Shown: piece after piece, positions 46,609 through 56,956 of the stretch
How positions within the stretch are numbered: the first letter of the stretch is position 1
Layout of the letters: the number at the start of each line of letters is the position of its first letter
Assembly (NCBI GenBank): GCA_000004985.1
Contig: GG738847.1
DNA: 64,000 nucleotides
From: Naegleria gruberi
Lineage: Eukaryota
Strand: one strand, 5' to 3'
Made by a program: the position numbers and the translations under genes
The notes under the pieces: model-generated
Databases searched by the model: none
What the model saw: only the letters and a program-made list of their open reading frames with translations
What the model was told of the DNA's origin: nothing

Positions 46609-47172
46609 TTACTCCTTTGATTTTACACTAAATGAAGTTCCACAACTACAACCAGTTTCAGCATTTGGATTCTTTTCAAGAACAAAGGCTGTTTTAGCCA
46701 TCGACTCTACAAAATCAATAGTACTACCCTTAATAAAACTCATTGTAATACTATCAGCAATAACTTTAGATTCTGGATAATTATTATGAATAAATACTTG
46801 ATCATCTTGTTCTACTTGTTTAGAAAAAGTAAATTCAACCTGATATCCACTACAACCACCACTCTCTACAATAACTCGTAACATTCTATCGTGTGCACCC
46901 TTCTTTTCATTGATATCTTTAATTCTTTTAGCACAGGCTTCTGTAATTAAAAGTGAATTTGAATATTCTTCCGATGATGTTGTTTGATTCCTCACACAAG
47001 TATTCAATGAAGTAAATTTTCTATATTGTTGTTGTTGTTGATGATTTTTAAATACGAGACATGATGAAGATGTAGATGATAATGCGGAGTAATGGGATGA
47101 AGGGGAGGATACAAAAATTCTTCTCATCGATGAAAAGACTTGATGGTGGTGTGAGGATGCGTTTTTAATCAT
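46609..47172 (-). CDS. iscA: Iron-sulfur cluster assembly protein IscA/HesB family (mitochondrial ISCA-type) with an N-terminal presequence
   Basis: ITEACAKRIKDI…MLRVIVESGGCSGYQVEFTF…FVESMAKTAF…ETGCSCGTSF. This matches the HesB/IscA signature, including the three conserved Cys (C…CGC). The N-terminus is R/S-rich and targeting-like. Confidence 0.85.
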   Translation of the reverse strand: MIKNASSHHHQVFSSMRRIFVSSPSSHYSALSSTSSSCLVFKNHQQQQQYRKFTSLNTCVRNQTTSSEEYSNSLLITEACAKRIKDINEKKGAHDRMLRVIVESGGCSGYQVEFTFSKQVEQDDQVFIHNNYPESKVIADSITMSFIKGSTIDFVESMAKTAFVLEKNPNAETGCSCGTSFSVKSKE

Positions 47173-47311
47173 TTTTTTTGATTGACTTGTTTTCAGAATC
47201 TGAGTGATACTTTACAAATTTGTAGATATATGGACCTATAAAGATTTTATCTAAGATTAATAAATTAAAGATTTAATACTTTTTCTAATATATTATTATT
47301 ATACAAATGTT

Positions 47312-48355
47312 TTACTTTTCAATCTTTCTTAAAGCTTGTTCCAAATAGAAAGGATAAATTAGATCAACAAATTCAGCCCATTCAAAAGCAAGTAAAAATG
47401 GATAATCTTGAACAATCTTTTCCTTTTCTTCTTGAACTTTGTTTAAAGCTTCTTCACTTTCCTCTAGAGCAGATCCAACTATACAGAAATCAGCATCATC
47501 CATACTATTTGTAATCTTTCCATCTCCATATCCAACAAGAAGATGACAATGTTTAAATGTAAGACTTGATGAATCATTAGTTGCAATAAATGATTCAGCC
47601 AAATAAACATTCCTTCCTTTAAGTGGTTTATCCAATCTTTGAACACCATATTTTTCTTCTTCTTCCAATGAACATTTTCCATCTGTAATCCATTTTGTTG
47701 ACATGATTTTCTTTCCTGTTGCTAATGCTTGTAATACTTTCATTGTTCTAGCAAATGGTGGTGCAATAACATGAGTCACATCATCAGTCAAAGTATCTGA
47801 TAGATTACCACACATGTTAAAAAACATGAATCATGACTACATACCAATATCTGCAGCTTGTTCTCCAGCAATTTTAACTCCAAGTGATGTTGCAATTTGT
47901 GTCAATTCCTTTTTCAATGTTTTACTAAATCTATCAGATGAATTTTTAAAACCACTAAATGTGATCACAATTTCTGGTGATTGTGATGTTGTTAATTCTG
48001 GTTTTTCAAGAACTTGATTACCAATAACAGTTGCTACATTAGATTCTCTTTTAACTTTCTTTGCACTAGGTGATGTGGAAGCAAAATCTGTTGATACTAC
48101 TGCAGAAGCACCAGAAACAGCCGATGATAAAGATGATGATGTTTGGGATACTCTAGAAGTGCTTGGTCTATTAGGCTTAGAAATTTCTTCATGTTTTCTC
48201 TTTGTTGAAGATGATGAAGATGAAGATGGCGTGGCGGTTTTACTCTTTCTTCTATCTGGTGTTTGTGATGATTTACCGTTCAAGGATGATGAAGATTCAT
48301 CAATATTATTGGTTGCTTCCGTGGCATTACTTTCCTTGCTTCCTCCTAAACCCAT
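47312..48355 (-). CDS. BRCT-domain protein with an MGxxxS N-terminal motif and a Ser-rich linker, 2 exons: complement(join(47312..47796,47845..48355))
   Basis: A GTATGT…CTATCAG intron (47797..47844, 48 nt) joins …ITFSGFKNSSDRFSKTLKKELTQIATSLGVKIAGEQAADIG-D-TLTDDVTHVIAPPFARTMKVLQALATGKKIMSTKWI, which matches BRCT consensus. The start is MGLGGSKES. Confidence 0.6.
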
Positions 48356-48464
48356 TTTTTTTTAATCAATTATTTTAAAAAAACGATCATTAATTTTGGC
48401 GCCAAAATGAAACGTTTATCATGGTGTGGTACACTTGTAAATATATGAATGGAAATGAAAGAGT

Positions 48465-51061
48465 TTATTCTTCATCATCTGGTTTGTGAGTATTGATATA
48501 ATCAGCCAGTTTTCTATCTGTATAATTAATGTGTTTCACTAACCAATTAATTAAATAGTTCAATAATTCAATGTCTAAACTTGTGGCATGACTTTTCAGA
48601 TAATCTTTTTGCATATTTTTCATTTTGGTTGTAAATGTCAAATGTTCTTCATGATGTTTTTTCACATATTCCTCTCCAATTCCCTTCTTGTATTTACTAT
48701 TATTTCAATAATAGAATATTCAATAATTATTACAATTGTTGTACAATATTGATGATGAATTATTATTAAATTTTGTTAAAAATAAAAAACAAACCTCAGT
48801 AACTGTTCCTCATCAGAAAAATGAAATTCCGTATATTCAATTAAACATCCAATTGTATATCCAACAACCCAATGACTTTGAGAAGTGAGTGATGCTTCAC
48901 TTAAATTCTTTAACCATTCAATTAATTGAGCATGTTGTGAATCAATTTGATCACATCCAACTGCATATTTAGTTGGATCCCATGATACAGAAACTAGAAG
49001 TGAATTACGACGTGACATGTTTGACATTCTACTTTGTAATTCACTTGATGAATTCGATGGACTAAATTTGGTTTTCTTCTTCTTATTACCGAATATTGAA
49101 CTCCAAAAACCTTCTTTCTGAATACCAGCATTATCTTGCTCTAATTCCTTTTCCAATTTTTTCAAATCAATATCACGTTCTTTAGCTAATTTATCAATTG
49201 TCTTTTTTTGATTATTCTTAATTTGTAAACTTTTGGATGGGTAGAGATGGTAGAGTTCTTTAATCATTGCAAGTTTTTCATTTCTCACTGCAATATGAAG
49301 TGGTGTATCGCCTACCTTATTAATTACATCTAATTGAATTTCTTTAGATCTAATTAGTAATTCAAAAATTTCCTCTTGTTCTGCCAGCACTGTTACATGA
49401 AGTGGTGTTAATCTATTTTTTTTTATATATATATATTTAAATATTCATATATATTTAAGAGTTAGTTCAATATCAGAGTAAAAATTAAAAGAGTTATATA
49501 AAATAGAGTCAATAAAAAATGAAACATACCCATAAACAGAATCCTTCTCATTAAATAACAATTCCAATTTATCAGAATCTCTTGCTAAACATTTAACAAT
49601 ATGTACCAATGATTCCATATATCCCTTTGAACAGCAATGATGAACAACAGTTTGACCCTTATCATTCTTCATGAATAATAATTTCAATAATTTCTCTCTT
49701 CCAATTGTATTTTCACAAAAATCAATTAAATATTTTGTAATCTTTTCATGTTTAACAGCTCTAAATAAACAACTTTCTTGTTTTGTATTTTTTCTAAAAA
49801 TGTTATGTTTTAAATCTTCAACAATGAATTGAACTTTTTCCAAATCACCTTCTCTACATGCTAAATGTAAAATTGTATTTCCACAATAAACTTTATATTC
49901 AATATCAACATGAAATCCTAATAAAGTTCTTGCAACTGTAAATCCTTTTGATTTGTTAATACTATTTAAGGAAACTGAAAGTGGAGATGCTTCATATTTA
50001 TCATGAGTATTTAAAATAGCTCCATTAATAGCTAACATGGTTACTGATTTAGAATGAGCACTTGAACATGCATAAAATATTGGTGTTGCATCTGACCTAT
50101 CTTTAGATTCTAATAAATCAGGTTGTTTATCCAATAAATATTGCATCACTGTTAAAAAATCAAATTTTGAAGCTGTATGAAGAAGTGAACATTTAGTTTT
50201 TGAATCAATTAAATCTTTTTTAAAATCAATTGTTGAATTATTACAATTATTATGCGTATTATTATGGATATTATTACTATTTATAGTAGTATTTCCATTA
50301 TTAGAATTGTTAGAAGGACTAGTAGTAGATGTATTATTATTATTATTATTATTATTAGAATAAAATAAATAAGATTCTATTAATTGAATCATTTCTAACA
50401 TTTCACTTTCAGTCATTTGAGTTGAATGATGAAGTAAATATGTAATTTTATACAAATTACTTGAAATATATTCTCTAATATCATTTTCAATGACAAATTT
50501 TGATGAAATATCATTGAGTTTGAGACAATTATTATCTGATAAACTTGTGTCTGGATTATTATTCATACTAATACCACTACTATTGGTACTTGCGATAATA
50601 ATATCGCTATTATTATTTCCATTAATAACTCCGCTAACCGTATTATTGCTATTATTATTTTGAATTAACATTGTTTTATGATGTATGTAATCTAAATAAT
50701 CAGTTATTGATTCATTTTCTAAAACTGATGATTCCTCATGATCATGTACAATTGAAGTTAAATGTTGACTACATAAAATTGCAGTTGAACCTTGAATGAA
50801 ACTATTCGAAACTAAATGTTGTTCTTGATCAATATCCTCATCATTATCATCGGATGAATCATCATCATCAATACTAATATTACCTATTTTTGAAACTTTT
50901 TCCAATGATGAATTATTTAATCTGAAGAGTGAATGTGAAGGATGAAGTGGTTTGCTACTATCATTAATTCCTATTAAACTTAATCTTTTGGTTTGTTCGT
51001 AAACGTTAATGATGTCAACTAGACCAAGACGTTCATCTTTCATTTTTTTTTTATTTGACAT
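48465..51061 (-). CDS. Ankyrin-repeat protein with a C-terminal hemerythrin-like (HHE cation-binding) domain, 3 exons: complement(join(48465..48696,48795..49412,49530..51061))
   Basis: A GTATGT…AAATAG intron (49413..49529, 117 nt) joins …NEKDSVYG-LTPLHVTVLAEQEEIFELLI…GDTPLHIAVRN (ANK). A GTTTGT…AATAG intron (48697..48794, 98 nt) joins …SDEEQLL-S-KYKKGIGEEYVKKHHEEHLTF…INWLVKHINYTDRKLADYI, which carries hemerythrin H/E motifs. The ATG is at 51061; the listed ORF starts at TTG 51097. Confidence 0.65.
50330..50358. repeat. (ATT)n trinucleotide repeat; it encodes a poly-Asn tract of the ankyrin-hemerythrin protein on the minus strand
   Basis: gtattattattattattattattattag. Confidence 0.7.
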
Positions 51062-51805
51062 TGTGTGTTTGACAGATGACTTTTTGTATGGCACCAATAA
51101 TTGAATAATTGGCAGGTAGGTATCACTTGCTACTATTTATTAATAATAGGATATCGTTACTTTGAAAATCAAGCAGAGATGTAACGTCCTTTTTTTATTC
51201 GAATAAAAATGCATAAAATGGGATATTAGCTAAAATATTTCCATAAATGTACATATTCTGACAGGACACTAGGAAAATGGCTCAAACACCTGTGGTATAA
51301 AATCTTTTCGATTAATAGATTGCGTTGTTGCTATTGTATTATTCGAAACTGTTGAAGGGAATATACTGAGTAGAAGAAATGTGTGAAAATATTATACGAA
51401 AGAGGCCTAATGGAGATTTCATTTGGTTTGTGAATTGCATTGATCGCCTCATTCTAGTAGTATTGGGCCTATTTATTTATCTAAATGTCGAAATGACATG
51501 TTTACAATTTGATTGTTGACTTTTTTAGAGATCTGAGTATCTTTTTTGGAATTTAAATTATTAAGGGTGTTTAACAAATATGATCATGGTATTTGAAATC
51601 AATATTAAATAAATTGAATCTACAGTTATTGTAATGATGAGTTTATAGAACTATTTCAAGAGATAAAAGTTATGATATCAAAAGTTTAATAAACTTGCCT
51701 ACACGAATAGAATCAAAATATTATCATCAATTGCAAATAATTGAAATCTATTTTACAAAAAGATGAACCTTACTTTGGGTTATTAATTTATTTTTAATAA
51801 AAAAA

Positions 51806-52155
51806 ATGTTTAGAAATCTCCAACGCTGCAAAATCCTTGAAAAATTCATCATTGTTAGAACTTTCAGTGAGAAGAAATTTTCATCATCAATTGCAACCAT
51901 TGAATAAATCCACGGTAACCATCACACTACCACAAGATCCAGAAATGGTTAGGGAAGGTGTTTTACAACTTTCTTAAAAAAGAAGGTGATTATTGTAAAC
52001 AAGATGAAGTTGTATTGGAAATGGAAACATACAAAGCTGTATCACAAGTTAGATCACCATATGCAGGAAAAATCATTAAGATATTCACTCCACAGAATAA
52101 TGAAAAGTTTGAAATTGGAAATTCTTTATTTTCTTTAGAATTGGAAAGTGACTAA
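51806..52155 (+). CDS. gcvH: Glycine-cleavage-system H-protein-like (lipoyl/biotinyl-domain) protein with a mitochondrial presequence. Exon structure is unresolved: the ATG exon and the conserved C-terminal half are in different frames.
   Basis: The ATG at 51806 opens an R/K-rich presequence, MFRNLQRCKILEKFIIVRTFSEKKF, which ends at TAA 51905. The frame of ORF 51958..52155 (open from 51919) reads HYHKIQKWLGKVFYNFLKKEGDYCKQDEVVLEMETYKAVSQVRSPYAGKIIKIF. This matches the GcvH core, (D)HAQELLGDVVYV.LPEVG….ES.KAAS..YSP..G.V, including the lipoyl-lysine position. Joining them needs either a weak-donor intron (GTGAGA at 51867 or GTTAGA at 51854) or two +1 shifts. Confidence 0.5.
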
Positions 52156-52517
52156 TTGTAAACTTTTCATTGTAAAAATACCACTTTAATTCTCAATATC
52201 CATTTGAGCATGTACAAATTTTACAACCTCGGGCGCATTTTCAGTCGAGATTCGTTTTTGTGTTATCATTAATTTCTCATTCCCGAATGATGAAAAATAG
52301 GTTCAACTTTAGAGAAGTGGTGAAAGTTAGGGGCAAAAAAATTAAAAAAACAAAAAATAAAAAAACAATAAAATTTCAACTGCCAAGTTTTGTTGTTCCA
52401 AAAGTTGGACCTCTTTTTCAACAGATTTGTAAAAAATTACAAGTTACCTTGCTTCCAGTTTTTGGAGGATTTTTCAACCAACCGATCTAAAAAAAATGTG
52501 TTCATCATCAATAATAT

Positions 52518-53906
52518 TTATTCATCATCATCAACCATTTTATCTACTTTGCTTCTTAATTGTTTGAAGGCAGAGGCAATATGTTCTTTGATCTCAGTAA
52601 CAGAAATCTTCTTAGACAAACACGGAATACATTTTCTGATGGTGGTTACTAATTGATCAACAGTTTCCTTGTCCAATTTAACTCTGGCATCGGGATACTT
52701 GGTGTTGTCTCCTGGCATAATATATTTTGTGTTCAAATTGAATGCAGAACATTTCTCAGCAAGAATCATGATAAGTTTAACGACAGCTCTTGTTGGTTGA
52801 TTCAAACCTAACTCTGCTACTTCAGTATCTTCTAAAACAATACCTTCATCACGATTATCACCCCAATAGATGGTAACTTTTCTGGAACGTTTAAAAACCT
52901 TTTTCCGAGCTTTCTCCAATTCATCCATAGCCCTCCATACTTCTTGCATATCCTCATCATAGCCAGAATTACTATTCAACTCATTTTCTAGTTGCTCAAT
53001 TTTTCTGTTTGCTTCATTCAATTCTGACTTGGCTTTTTTTAACTCTAGCTCTGCATTTGCCAGTTTAACTCGTAGTTGTTCCATTTCATTAATCACTGTT
53101 TCACTGACATTGGATTCCAATTCTCTCATAGAGAAATTATTCTTTTTCTGTTTGATTTCAGATACAGAAAGTTTGGAAGGTGAGTAATATGTGAATTTGC
53201 ATAATTTAACTTTTGGCCACTCATATTCTGTCAATATTTGGAATTTAGAAGTAAAGTTCATTTCCAATTCTATAATTTCAACAACTAAACTTTCACCAAG
53301 ATCTTTAACACATACAGCTTTTCCTACATAGAATAATTTTCCATCATCATCTTTATGGAATAGTGCAACATTTTCATCTTCGGTAATTGATAACATGTTT
53401 CCATCAACCTTTTTCAAGTCTTTAGATTGGAATTGAGATGGAGTAGTATCACTTAATTTGGATGAGCTTGCTTCATTTTTATGCTCTTTTGGTTGTGGAT
53501 TGCTTTTTCTCTTTTTGGAAGAGAATGAAACATCATCTTTTAGCAAGATAGGAACAATGTGAGTCACAATTTCTTGGTTAAGCTTATGAAGTACTGGAAC
53601 TGTGATAGTCTTATTCATGTAATGTTTTATATCTTTCAGTCCATTTAGTTGTGAAACATTTAAGGAATTCAAAAAAGAAACATTGGTATTGGTAGCAATG
53701 ATGATTTCTGCAATTTGGGGTTTAGAAAGTTTTTCCAAATTATTGTGTTGAATTAACTCAATATCATTTGAAGAAAATGGTACGGAAGGATTGAATGGTG
53801 GCACTTCTAATATTCTTTTAGTACCATTCTTACTTTTGGTTTTGGATTTTTTGAATACAGCAACTTCAACCTCTTCTTGACTACCATGAACACTACTTTG
53901 TGACAT
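52518..53906 (-). CDS. Hypothetical 462-aa protein with a central coiled-coil and a possible BEN-like C-terminal domain
   Basis: Single ORF. The coiled-coil reads EQLRVKLANAELELKKAKSELNEANRKIEQLENEL. No confident family assignment. Confidence 0.35.
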   Translation of the reverse strand: MSQSSVHGSQEEVEVAVFKKSKTKSKNGTKRILEVPPFNPSVPFSSNDIELIQHNNLEKLSKPQIAEIIIATNTNVSFLNSLNVSQLNGLKDIKHYMNKTITVPVLHKLNQEIVTHIVPILLKDDVSFSSKKRKSNPQPKEHKNEASSSKLSDTTPSQFQSKDLKKVDGNMLSITEDENVALFHKDDDGKLFYVGKAVCVKDLGESLVVEIIELEMNFTSKFQILTEYEWPKVKLCKFTYYSPSKLSVSEIKQKKNNFSMRELESNVSETVINEMEQLRVKLANAELELKKAKSELNEANRKIEQLENELNSNSGYDEDMQEVWRAMDELEKARKKVFKRSRKVTIYWGDNRDEGIVLEDTEVAELGLNQPTRAVVKLIMILAEKCSAFNLNTKYIMPGDNTKYPDARVKLDKETVDQLVTTIRKCIPCLSKKISVTEIKEHIASAFKQLRSKVDKMVDDDE

Positions 53907-54052
53907 TTTCTTTGGATTTGATTGTTATTGAATTATCATAGTGGGTCTTTTAAATATTTTCACTAGATTTATTTTTAGACCAAAACCGTTATTACCACAG
54001 CTTAGATCAACTTCCACCCGAAGGAGGATTTTAAAAATTATTACAACAAAAA

Positions 54053-54307
54053 ATGGCCACAACAAACAGCCAGAGAGTACAAAAGTCTCGTAATTTCAGG
54101 AAATTTTCTAAAAGGTTCTTCCAACAAAGTAAGAACAACGTTGTTTCTCTTTCTATTCACAAAGAGGTAGCAAGTGTTGAACAACAGAATCCTTCCACTC
54201 CACCGATAACTAAATCATCAAATATTANNNNNNNNNNNNNNNNNNNNNNNNNNNNNNNNNNNNNNNNNNNNNNNNNNAGTAAGTTTACTCTTATTATTAA
54301 TTATTGA
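54053..54307 (+). CDS. 5' exon or fragment of a gene that runs into the assembly gap. The sequence resumes with a GTAAGT-like motif immediately after the gap.
   Basis: The ATG ORF MATTNSQRVQKSRNFRKFSKRFF… continues up to the N-run. agtaagt follows the gap at 54278. Confidence 0.2.
   Translation: MATTNSQRVQKSRNFRKFSKRFFQQSKNNVVSLSIHKEVASVEQQNPSTPPITKSSNIXXXXXXXXXXXXXXXXXSKFTLIINY
54228..54277. other. Assembly gap (50 N)
   Basis: A run of 50 'n' characters. Confidence 1.
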
Positions 54308-54922
54308 TTATTTATTTATTAGTGATGAGGATGATACTCATTAATATTACAATATTCGGAATTGTTAGGAGAGATTTCTTATTTGTTACTACAATTATTT
54401 GGAATTAATATTATTGAATCTGATTGGAAATACACTGAATTTGAATAAGTGGAAACAACATGGCCATGGTAAAATTAGTGGATGTAATTGGATCTTTCAA
54501 TTTATAATTTGAGTGGATGATTAATGACATTGTCATATTGATGTTTCTGTAATTAACAAGTTGAGCTTTGATAATTTGAGTGGATGGCCAATATTTAGCT
54601 GTTGCTTTGTTACATGATTTCAAATAATGACAAGTTGATTTTAGACTTGTTCAAATTTAATAAATTTACTTTTTTTACAGTCTAAAAACTTGATACCAAT
54701 TACTGTGTAAAATACCCTTAACTTTTTGTTTTTTTCGAGCCCTGAATTATTAACAAAACTTTCTCAAAGTTGCACCCAACTTTGAGGGTGAATTTCGGTT
54801 TTTTTAGGGGTAAAGTTTAAAATGTTGACAAGCCAATCACAGCTAGAGCAAAGCAAAATGTGACCCTAAAAAACCCTCTAAAAAATATTCGGGTTTTCTT
54901 CAAATTCAGGGAATAAAAAAGA

Positions 54923-55546
54923 ATGAAAAACTCATCACTACAAACTGGAAACAAACTTGTTGCAGAGAGAACCAAAGCACATCAACATTCTGAATTTCTA
55001 GAGAAGGTTAAAATACATGGCAGAACTCCAATGAATCATCCTGAATTTTATAAAGTGATGGAAGTTTGCAATGAATCTCTTCCCTATGTTCAATCATTGA
55101 ATAATTCTACCAATCAAGATGAAATACATCAAAGATTTGGTGAATTAATTGATAGTCCATTAGATAAATCCACAGGTGTATTTATACCATTTCATACTAA
55201 TTATGGAAAAAATATCAAAATTGGAAAGAATGTTTTTATTAATCATAATTGTTCATTCTTAGATCTTGGAGGTATTACAATTGAAGATGATGTAATGATT
55301 GGACCATGTGTTAAAATTACAAGTGAAGATCATCCAATTTCAGTTAAGGAACGTAAAACTTTAATTACAAAAAATGTACTAATTAAGAAGAATGCTTGGA
55401 TTGGAGCAGGTGCAACCATTCTTCCAGGTATAATTATTGGTGAAAATTCTATTGTTGCAGCAGGTGCAGTTGTTACTAAAAATGTTGAACCCAATACAAT
55501 TGTTGGTGGAATACCTGCCAAAGTCATTAAACAAATTGAAGATTAA
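54923..55546 (+). CDS. maa: Maltose/galactoside O-acetyltransferase (left-handed beta-helix hexapeptide acyltransferase of the MAT/LacA family with an N-terminal Mac domain); intronless and bacterial-like
   Basis: The Mac region reads GRTPMNHPEF…QRFGELIDSPL. The hexapeptide repeats read NIKIGKNVFINHNCSFLDLGGITIEDDVMIGPCVKITSEDHPISV…NAWIGAGATILPGIIIGENSIVAAGAVVTKNVEPNTIVGGIPAKVI. ATG at 54923. Confidence 0.85.
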   Translation: MKNSSLQTGNKLVAERTKAHQHSEFLEKVKIHGRTPMNHPEFYKVMEVCNESLPYVQSLNNSTNQDEIHQRFGELIDSPLDKSTGVFIPFHTNYGKNIKIGKNVFINHNCSFLDLGGITIEDDVMIGPCVKITSEDHPISVKERKTLITKNVLIKKNAWIGAGATILPGIIIGENSIVAAGAVVTKNVEPNTIVGGIPAKVIKQIED

Positions 55547-55615
55547 CATTTAACTTTAATAAATATTATTTGACATGAAATGGTCATTCGAATTGGTGGA
55601 AAAAAGAATCAGTAC

Positions 55616-56956
55616 TTAAACTCTTCTCTTTTCATGTTTAGCACCATAATAAGTATGATAATCAGTAACAAGTTGATGATCGTTATTAATTTTTGATTCA
55701 TCATCCAATCGAAGTGAATCAAAAAATTCATGTAATAAAAGATCTTTAGCACTTGTTCCACTCGATGATTTGATACTTCTCTTCAAATCACTAAATAATT
55801 TAGTATCTTCCTTAGTAGATGTGGATGAATCTAATTTAATTCTCTTTGTTAAAATTTCCTTCACTCTATCTAAATCACTATTAAATGCATTCGAATGAAA
55901 AATATTTCCACTTTCAATTTCTTCTCCATCTTCTTTTTGAATTCTACTCAATCCATAATCTGCAATTTTTAACATGAAATTACATTCAATTAACCAAATA
56001 TATTCATCTTGTTCAATCTTTTCAAAGAATGCAATACCCTTCTTATCTGATTTTGGAAGTTTCTTATAAAGTACATTTCTTTCATGCATATCATTATGTT
56101 GGAAACCAATGGATTCTGCAATTGCAAGTGCAAATATTAATTGAAATGCAATTGATTTAGCAAATGAAAGTGAAACCTTTCCATTGATTGAATTTTCTTG
56201 AATTAAATCAACAATTCCACCATCACACTTCTCCATCATGATATTAAAATAATGTGGACATGATGTCTGTTTCTTTTTTCTTTTAGGTTGCTCCATTTCT
56301 TCTTCTTCTGAATCAGTTTCATCATCATATAAATCATCCTCAGGACATGTTGTACTTGAGAATGAACTAAACACATTTGGAAATAAATTCAATTTTCCAA
56401 CTCTCATTTTAGTTAATTCTTTTTGAATTTTAAATTCTCTAATGGGTGTACAATTTTCTTGTTTCTTTACAATTTGTTGACTTTTAACAGCAATATTTGG
56501 TGTTTTAAAAGATGGAGAAAATAATGAATTTAAAGCATTACTTGTTGCATTGGAAGGTGAAAATAAAACATTTGGATCAATGTTTTTGAGTGGTGTTCTA
56601 GGTGTTGGTGTTCTTTCACCTCCTGATTCAGAATCAGCATTGCTCTGTTCATTGTTCTTTTCATTCTCTTTTGATAGAATAATTACACTTCCATATTTAC
56701 CTGACATGATATTTGTATCCTTCTGTACTGCTAATTTTTTACGTTTCACTTCGTCGCGAAATCTCTTATTGGGTGTTTTCAACATGTTGGCAAAATTGAT
56801 GGCACTCGTATTAGTACTAGCAGAGTTGATGATTTGTTTACGAGGTGTTGTTAATCTGGATGGAGAGGAATCACATAATGGTGTTGGAGGTTGTTGTGGT
56901 GGTAGTGCACTACTTGTTGTTGCGGAACGTGATGAGGCTCTGGTTGTTCTACGCAT
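55616..56956 (-). CDS. Atypical protein-kinase-like protein (haspin-like C-lobe motifs) with a Ser/Thr/Pro-rich N-terminal region
   Basis: Catalytic-loop-like FQHNDMHERNVLYKK (compare HRDLHWGNVL of haspin) and IADYGLSR (compare IIDYTLSR). No canonical glycine loop or VAIK motif is found, so it is possibly a pseudokinase. 446-aa single ORF. Confidence 0.4.
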   Translation of the reverse strand: MRRTTRASSRSATTSSALPPQQPPTPLCDSSPSRLTTPRKQIINSASTNTSAINFANMLKTPNKRFRDEVKRKKLAVQKDTNIMSGKYGSVIILSKENEKNNEQSNADSESGGERTPTPRTPLKNIDPNVLFSPSNATSNALNSLFSPSFKTPNIAVKSQQIVKKQENCTPIREFKIQKELTKMRVGKLNLFPNVFSSFSSTTCPEDDLYDDETDSEEEEMEQPKRKKKQTSCPHYFNIMMEKCDGGIVDLIQENSINGKVSLSFAKSIAFQLIFALAIAESIGFQHNDMHERNVLYKKLPKSDKKGIAFFEKIEQDEYIWLIECNFMLKIADYGLSRIQKEDGEEIESGNIFHSNAFNSDLDRVKEILTKRIKLDSSTSTKEDTKLFSDLKRSIKSSSGTSAKDLLLHEFFDSLRLDDESKINNDHQLVTDYHTYYGAKHEKRRV

